Assembly (NCBI GenBank): GCA_963829055.1
Contig: CAWHHI010000006.1
Span: 128,001 to 192,000 of the forward strand
Reading direction: 5' to 3'
DNA from: an uncultured Gemmatimonadaceae bacterium
GTDB taxonomy: Bacteria > Gemmatimonadota > Gemmatimonadetes > Gemmatimonadales > Gemmatimonadaceae
DNA: 64,000 nt
This document shows positions 57,757-64,000 of this stretch, piece after piece. The position numbers were made by a program, and so were the translations under genes. The notes under the pieces were generated by a model that saw only the letters and a program-made list of their open reading frames with translations, made no database searches and had not been told where the DNA came from. The stretch's first letter is position 1, and every line of letters starts with the position of its first letter.

Positions 57757-59752
57757 GTGCATGAAATCCCCGTTCTTCGCGACCTCGTCATCCTCGTCGC
57801 GATCGCCATCCCGGTCGTCATCGTCGCGCAGCGGCTGCGCGTCCCGACCGTCGTCGGATTTCTGCTCACCGGCATCGCTATCGGGCCTAACGCGCTCGGG
57901 CTCGTCGCACAGCCGGACTCCGTCGCCGCGCTGGCCGAAGTAGGGGTCGTCCTGCTGCTGTTCGCGATCGGGCTCGAGCTGTCCTTGTCGCGCATCGTGC
58001 GCATGGGGCAGTGGGTAATTCGCGGCGGTGGCCTCCAGGTGCTCGCGACCATCGCCGTCATCGCCGTCGCGTCAATGACGTTCGGAACGGCGCCGCGACT
58101 CGCGGTCTTCTTCGGCGCGCTGTTCGCGCTCTCGTCCACGGCGATCGTCCTCAAGGTCTACAACGATCGCGCCGAGCTGGATACGCCACACGGCCGAGTC
58201 GTCGTCGCGATCCTGCTGTTTCAGGATCTCTGCGTCGTGCCGCTCATGCTCGGTGCGCCGGTGCTCGCGGGATCCGCGGCGAGCACGGGCGAGTCCATTC
58301 GGACGATCATCGTGAGCGTTGTTGTCGTCGGCGACGCTGGTGCTTGGCGGGCGACTCTTCGTTCCCTACGCGCTACGACGCATCGCCGAGTTGCGAAACC
58401 GCGAGATCTTCACGCTGTCGGTCGTCTTCATCGGACTCGGCGCCGCCTATCGTGACGTCCGCGTTCGGCATGTCGCTCGCACTCGGCGCGTTCCTCGCTG
58501 GGCTGATCATCTCGGAGTCGGACTACGGCCTCCAGGCGCTGTCCGACGTGCTCCCGTTCCGCGACACGTTCAGCGGCATCTTCTTCATCTCCGTCGGGAT
58601 GTTGTTGGACATCGGCTACGTCGTCGCGCATGCGTGGACTCGTTCTGTCGGTCACGTTCGCGGTGATGCTCGTGAAGGCACTGATCGTCATCTGCGGTCG
58701 TTAGGCTGCTCAAGCGATCGCTCCGCATCGGGATTCTCAGCGGATTCGGGCTCGCCCAGGTCGGCGAGTTCTCCTTCGTGCTTGCCGGGAGCGGCATCAC
58801 GCTCGGTCTCCTCGACCGCCGATCAGTATCAACTATTTCTTGGTGCGTCGGTGCTGTCGATGCTGGCCGCGCCGTTCGTCATCGCGAGCGGCGACCGTGT
58901 CGCGGAATGGGCGTCACGCGCGAGTCACGGGTCAGACGTCTCGATCCCCACGCCAGGAGATGACCGACCGTCCGCGCACTCCGCGATCACGTCATCATCG
59001 TCGGGTATGGTCTGAACGGACGGAACCTCGCGCTCGCCCTCGAGTCGGCGCACATCCCGTACGTCGTGCTCGAGCAGAACGGACAGCTCGTGCGACGCGC
59101 TCGGCTCGAGCGCACGCCGATCTTCTTCGGCGACGGCACGCGGACCGAGGTGCTCGAGAAGGTCGGTATCGAGCACGCGCGCGTGCTGGTGTTCGCGATC
59201 GCCGCGCCGGCCGAGGAGCGCCGTGGCGTCGCGGTCGCGCGGCATCTGAGCAAGAGCGTGCGCATCGTGGTGCGAACGCGCTACGTCTCGGAGATCGAGG
59301 AGCTGCGACGGCTGGGCGCCGATGAGGTGATTCCCGAGGAGCTCGAGACGTCGGTCGAGATCTTCGCGCGCGTGCTGCGGCGGTATGGCGTCGAGGTGAA
59401 TCGGATCCGTCGGCTGGTGGATGAGGTCCGCGGCGATCACTACGGGATGTTCCTGACGCGCGAACGCTCGGTGACGACGCGGATCGGCGATGCGCTCGCC
59501 CCGTTAGGCGAGCGTGTGCGCCTGCAGACGGTGGTCGTCGAGGCAGGTGCGTTGGCGGTGAAGCGAAGTCCGGCGTCGCTGGGCCTTCGGAAGACGACCG
59601 GTGCTACGGTCATCGCGGTGGTCCGCGCCGGTGCCGTGACGTACTCGCCGGAGCCGACGACCGAATTCGAGGAAGGCGATGAAGTCCTGCTGGTCGGAGA
59701 TGCCGGGGCGCTGGAGAAGGCTCGTACGCTCTTCGAAGCTGTGGCGCGCTGA
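57757..59752 (+). CDS. CPA2 cation:proton antiporter (Kef-like) with TrkA-N and TrkA-C domains; frameshifted
   Basis: AEVGVVLLLFAIGLE; LSSTAIVLK; LLFQD; LGAFLAG; LAQVGEFSF; HVIIVGYG; FFGDGTR. Confidence 0.9.
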
Positions 59753-59755
59753 GGT

Positions 59756-60101
59756 TCGTCGCGCCGCGGTCGGTGGGAACTACGATTGGCGCGGATGACA
59801 CGGAAAACGGCCGGATACAACTTTGCATTGACACTGGCTCATTGCCGGACACTGAAATAATGGGAACGGCCGCTCGGGAGCCTCCTGCGTCCCGAGCGGC
59901 CGTTCTCAAAATTCCGGCTCGTGGCGAGAGGAGCCGGAATCTACCGAGCAGTATCCTGCTTCTTTCGTTTCATCCGCCCAATCGTAGTTCTCACCGACTC
60001 CGGCGCGAGGATGCGTGGATGCAAAGCCGTATCCGGTAGTTTCGCCAGTACAGATCTGCACAATCGTAGTTCCCACCGGCCCCGCGAGATGACGCCTGAA
60101 G
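59756..60101. repeat. Family D element, copy 3
   Basis: Core hairpin 59861-59908; GGCTCGTGGCGAGAGG; about 80-nt units; ends ATGACGCCTGAAG as copy 1 does. Confidence 0.85.
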
Positions 60102-60186
60102 GATCCGCTCCGCGAGCGCAGCGACTCTGACCGAATCTTCAAGAATGGGGGTTGTGGACGATCGTCGCGCGCGGCAAATCCAGACC

Positions 60187-60978
60187 ATGACTATCGATTG
60201 GCGTCGGACTGTCATGGACGTCCGGAAGGCAATGTGGCGGCTCGGTACCCGATCGGCCCTGCGTTATGACCTGCAGCGCGCACGTCACGCGCTCGGCATC
60301 GCTCCACCGGTAGTCGAGCTGACCGCGCGACGATCGCGTTACCGCCTCAGCGCCCGTCCGAGCTCCACTGACTTCATCGTGTTCGGTCAGACGTTCATTG
60401 GTGAGCCATACGCCTGCCTCGATGACCTGACTGGCGTCGACTTCATCATCGATTGCGGGGCGAACGTCGGGTTCGCGTCGGCGTTCCTGCTTTCGCGCTT
60501 CCCTGACGCGTCACTCGTCGCCATCGAACCGGACCCGGACACGTTCCGGATCCTGGAGCGCAACCTCGCGCCTTACGGACCGCGCGTTCGAGCCGAACAG
60601 GCGGGGGTCTGGTCGCACGCGACTGACCTGCGCATCGAAGAGCGTCCGTATCGCGGCGGTGGAGCGTGGGCGCGTCAGGTCAGAGAGTGTGCGCCCGGTG
60701 AGGTCCCAACGCTGCACGCGGTCGACATCCCAACGGTGCTCGCCCAGAGCGGACACGATCGCATCTCGATTCTCAAGATCGACATCGAGGGGGCAGAACA
60801 CGCGGTGTTCTCCGCGCCTAACGTCGCCAGCTGGCTGCCGCTCGTGGACTGCCTGGTGATCGAGCTGCACGACGATACGCACTTCGGCCCGTGCACCGAG
60901 GTCTTTCAGCGCGCGATCGCCGATCAGCCGTTCGACGTGAGTCACGTCGGTGAGCTGACAGTCTGCCGACGCGTATGA
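60187..60978 (+). CDS. FkbM family SAM-dependent methyltransferase
   Basis: IIDCGANVG; AIEPDP; ILKIDIEGAE; IELHD. Confidence 0.9.
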   Translation: MTIDWRRTVMDVRKAMWRLGTRSALRYDLQRARHALGIAPPVVELTARRSRYRLSARPSSTDFIVFGQTFIGEPYACLDDLTGVDFIIDCGANVGFASAFLLSRFPDASLVAIEPDPDTFRILERNLAPYGPRVRAEQAGVWSHATDLRIEERPYRGGGAWARQVRECAPGEVPTLHAVDIPTVLAQSGHDRISILKIDIEGAEHAVFSAPNVASWLPLVDCLVIELHDDTHFGPCTEVFQRAIADQPFDVSHVGELTVCRRV

Positions 60979-60987
60979 GCGCCCCAG

Positions 60988-61070
60988 TTCAAAACCGTAT
61001 CCGGTAGTTTCGCGGTACCGATCCGCCCAGTCGTAGTTCGGCCGGCCTGGCCCGATGATGCGTCGATGCA
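60988..61070 (+). repeat. Single degenerate family D unit
   Basis: CAAAACCGTATCCGGTAGTTTCGCGGTACCGATCCGCCCAGTCGTAGTTC. Confidence 0.75.
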
Positions 61071-61125
61071 TGGCGGGTGGCGCGCCTTCCGTCCCATCGA
61101 TCTGGACAGAATCCGCCCGCGATAT

Positions 61126-61144
61126 TATATCGACGCTAGATATA
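61126..61144. promoter_or_regulatory. Putative PadR operator
   Basis: AT-rich inverted repeat TATATC-N7-GATATA about 50 bp upstream of padR. Confidence 0.55.
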
Positions 61145-61190
61145 TCGATCGCCGATCTAGTTTCCGCCATCCCCGCGGGATTATCGCCTG

Positions 61191-61559
61191 ATGAAAACGC
61201 GACCGCCCGACCCGCAGACCCTCCTGCCGCTCCCCGTCTCGGAGTTCCAGATCCTGCTCGCGCTCGCCGACGAGGAGCGTCACGGCTACGCCATCAAGCG
61301 CGAGGTCGCGGACCGCACCAACGGCGACGTGCAGCTCGGACCCGGCACACTGTACGGCGCCATCAAGCGCATGGTGAGCAGCGGCTTCATCGAGGAAAGC
61401 GATGAGCGGCCCGACCCCGACCTCGACGACGAGCGCCGCCGCTACTACCGCATCACGTCGTTAGGTCGCCAGGTGGCGGTCGCCGAAGCGCGACGCATGG
61501 AGCGACTCGTCGGCATCGCGCGCGCCAAGCGACTCCTCGGCCGACCCGAGCCGGCATGA
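61191..61559 (+). CDS. PadR family transcriptional regulator
   Basis: FQILLALADEERHGYAI; GPGTLYGAIKRM; ERRRYYRIT. Confidence 0.93.
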   Translation: MKTRPPDPQTLLPLPVSEFQILLALADEERHGYAIKREVADRTNGDVQLGPGTLYGAIKRMVSSGFIEESDERPDPDLDDERRRYYRITSLGRQVAVAEARRMERLVGIARAKRLLGRPEPA

Positions 61560-64000
61560 CCCGCCTCGACGGTCCCGGCCGGTTCGCGACCACCTTCGTT
61601 CGCGCGCTGCTCCGGCTGTATCCAACAGCGTTCCGCGAACGCTACGGCCGCGAGGTCGAACAGCTCGTGCGTACCGCGTGGGCAGATCGACCCGCTTCCG
61701 GCGCCGAACGCCCGGTCGCGTTCTGGGCGTTGGTTGCGGCTGACCTCACGATCGGCGCCACACGCGAACGCCTCGCGACAGTGCGTGAGTGGCGTCGAAG
61801 CAGGGAACGTCGCCGACTCGCGCGCACGCACGCTTCCATCAATGGGCCTTCAACTCAGGACGGCGGTATGGGCACGCTGGCGCAGGACCTCCGGTACGCG
61901 TGGCGCACGGTCCGCAAGAGTCCGGGCTTCGCGCTCGTCGTCATCACGTCGCTCGCGTTAGGGATCGGCGCGAACACGCTCATCTATAGTGTGGTGGACG
62001 GCATCGTTCTGCGACCGTTCCCGTACCCTAACGCGGACCGCCTCGTCGCCATCGGCGTGACGTACCCCGCGATGAACGGCGAGCGACGGTTCATCGAGGC
62101 CGTTTCGCCGCCCGAATACAACGACATCCGCGCTGGCGTCTCATCGATCCAGCAGGCGTTCGCGTTCGACCTCGGCAATCGCAACATCTCGGGTGGCGAT
62201 CAGCCCGAGCGCGTGTTCACCGGGTTCATCTGGGGCGATCCCATGGCGTCCATCGGCGTTCGCCCGCTGCTCGGCCGCAGCTTCCGCCCCGAGGAGACGA
62301 CGGCGCAGCGGACCGGCCGTCGCGGTGATCAGTCATCGCATCTGGCAATCCCGGTTCGGAGGCGACTCGGCGATCATCGGCAAATCCATTCGCGTGAACG
62401 GCCAGCCGACCGACATCGTCGGCGTCATGCCACCCGGGTTCCTGCTCGTCGGCACCGACCTGTGGCTGCCCATGGGTGTCGAGCCGTCTGCGATTCCGCG
62501 TCAGGCACGGCAGTGGACGGTGATCGGGCGGCTGCGCGACGGCGCGACGATGGCGCAGGCGAACGCCGAGGTGAAGGCGCTGGCCGGGCGTATCGAGCGC
62601 GAGTACGGGCGCGAGCGAAAGGAGTACGCCGGCTGGCGGATGGAAGTCGACACGTGGACGAATGCCGTCGTCGGCGGATACAAGCCGGCGGGACGAATCC
62701 TGCTCGGCGCGGTCGCGCTCGTGCTGGTGATCGCCTGCGCGAACATCGCGAGCCTGCTGCTGGCGCGGGCCACGGCGCGGCAGCGCGAGCTCGCCGTGCG
62801 TCGAGCGCTCGGGGCGGGGACGAGCGCGCATTGCGCGACAGCTGCTCACGGAGAGTCTGCTGCTCGCGATCGTCGGCGGATCCGTCGGACTCCTGCTGGC
62901 GTACGCGTTGCTCGGTCCGACGATCGTCGCTCTTCCCGCAGCAGCTGCGAGACGCCGGCGTCGCGGCGACCATCAACGGACGCGTTCTGCTCTACACGTT
63001 AGGTGCCGCGGTCGCGTCCGGCTTGTTGTTCGGCGTCGCGCCGGCACTGCAGGGCCTGCGTGGCGGTGGACGGGAGTGGCTCACCGGCGAGGGCGCGGCC
63101 GGCCGCCTGACGACCAGCGCCGGCGGGCGACGCGTGCGCAACGCATTCGTCGTGGCGGAGATCGCGCTCTCGCTCATGCTGCTCGTTGGTGCGGGCGTGC
63201 TGCTCCGCAGCTTCACGCGGCTGCAGCACGTGGATCCCGGATTCGACACGCGCAACGTGCTCACGATGCGCCTGTCGCTGCCGCGCGAGCAGTACAAGAA
63301 CGACGCCGTGGGCGTGTTCTTCGAGGACGTCTCGCGGCGACTCGCGACCGTGCCGGGCGTGCGTTCGGCCGGCGCGACCACGCAGTTCCCGCCAGGCAAC
63401 TCGTTCGCGACCAGGTCTCACCGTCGATGGTCAGTCGCAGCCGACCGACCAGGCGCCAATGGTCGACATCACGAACGTCGCCGGCGACTACTTCGAGGCG
63501 ATGGGCTACACGCTCAAGGCGGGTCGCCTGCTCACGACGACGGACGACGAGAAATCGCCGCTGGTGGCCGTCGTGACCGAGGGCGGCGGCTCGACGATTC
63601 TTCGGAGGCGGTAGCGCGCTCGGACGTCGCATCGCGCTTGGCGATGACGACGCCGCGGAGATGGGTGGAGGTCGTGGGCGTGGTGGCCGACGTGCGCAAT
63701 CACGGTCTCACCGAGGCGCCGACGCCCGAGGTGTTCGTTCCGGTGCGCCAGCAGATCGCCGGCTGGAACAACCAGCTCTTCCTGACGATCCGCACGCAAT
63801 CGGATCCGCTCGCGATGCTTCCGGCCGTTAGGCGGACCATCGCGCAGGTCGATCCGCTCCAGCCGGTGTACGCGATCCGCACACTCGATGGCGCGTTCGC
63901 GGAGGCTGTCGCACAGCGTCGAGCGGCCATGCTGCTGATCACGATCTTCGCCGGTGTGGCGCTCGTGCTCGCGGCGGTCGGGATCTACGGTCTCATGTCG
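61556..64000 (+). CDS. ADOP-type duplicated ABC permease (runs off the window; frameshifted)
   Basis: LLRLYPTAFRERYG prefix; [41 protein letters not shown] at the window edge. Confidence 0.9.
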   Translation, partial: MTRLDGPGRFATTFVRALLRLYPTAFRERYGREVEQLVRTAWADRPASGAERPVAFWALVAADLTIGATRERLATVREWRRSRERRRLARTHASINGPSTQDGGMGTLAQDLRYAWRTVRKSPGFALVVITSLALGIGANTLIYSVVDGIVLRPFPYPNADRLVAIGVTYPAMNGERRFIEAVSPPEYNDIRAGVSSIQQAFAFDLGNRNISGGDQPERVFTGFIWGDPMASIGVRPLLGRSFRPEETTAQRTGRRGDQSSHLAIPVRRRLGDHRQIHSRERPADRHRRRHATRVPARRHRPVAAHGCRAVCDSASGTAVDGDRAAARRRDDGAGERRGEGAGRAYRARVRARAKGVRRLADGSRHVDECRRRRIQAGGTNPARRGRARAGDRLREHREPAAGAGHGAAARARRASSARGGDERALRDSCSRRVCCSRSSADPSDSCWRTRCSVRRSSLFPQQLRDAGVAATINGRVLLYTLGAAVASGLLFGVAPALQGLRGGGREWLTGEGAAGRLTTSAGGRRVRNAFVVAEIALSLMLLVGAGVLLRSFTRLQHVDPGFDTRNVLTMRLSLPREQYKNDAVGVFFEDVSRRLATVPGVRSAGATTQFPPGNSFATRSHRRWSVAADRPGANGRHHERRRRLLRGDGLHAQGGSPAHDDGRREIAAGGRRDRGRRLDDSSEAVARSDVASRLAMTTPRRWVEVVGVVADVRNHGLTEAPTPEVFVPVRQQIAGWNNQLFLTIRTQSDPLAMLPAVRRTIAQVDPLQPVYAIRTLDGAFAEAVAQRRAAMLLITIFAGVALVLAAVGIYGLMS

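Noticed and set aside
14673..61070. Family D units or heptamer runs as a CRISPR array
   Set aside because: No constant repeat separated by unique equal-length spacers, and no cas genes in the window.

Overview
GC-rich (roughly 68% by eye) bacterial chromosomal DNA. The gene repertoire suggests Gemmatimonadota (inference): Hanks-type Ser/Thr kinases, an ECF sigma-kinase pair, PadR plus duplicated ABC-permease (ADOP) pairs, amidohydrolases and S9/M20 peptidases. Many genes carry single-base frameshifts, most likely long-read errors, so CDS coordinates span the reconstructed genes. About 40 intact-looking genes can be recognised; I found no rRNA, intact tRNA, CRISPR array or intact transposase. 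The most interesting signals lie outside the gene list. (1) The non-palindromic word CCTAAC(G)/(C)GTTAGG occurs about once per kb (63 copies by hand count) on both strands and is written into proteins through rare codons. (2) Two four-helix-bundle (23S-IVS/Avd-like) genes each sit inside inverted, low-complexity repeat arms, and gene-free heptamer-arm structures occur elsewhere. (3) Several families of large palindromic non-coding elements are present: two share one core hairpin, and another family has inserted into the signal-peptide regions of two adjacent genes. (4) An ECF sigma gene and a ZAS-TM-YCII anti-sigma gene are divergent, with mirror-image GTAACA-N15-CGATCTAA promoters. (5) A mosaic of gene fragments at about 28.9-33 kb includes a 222-bp duplicate of a downstream gene start.
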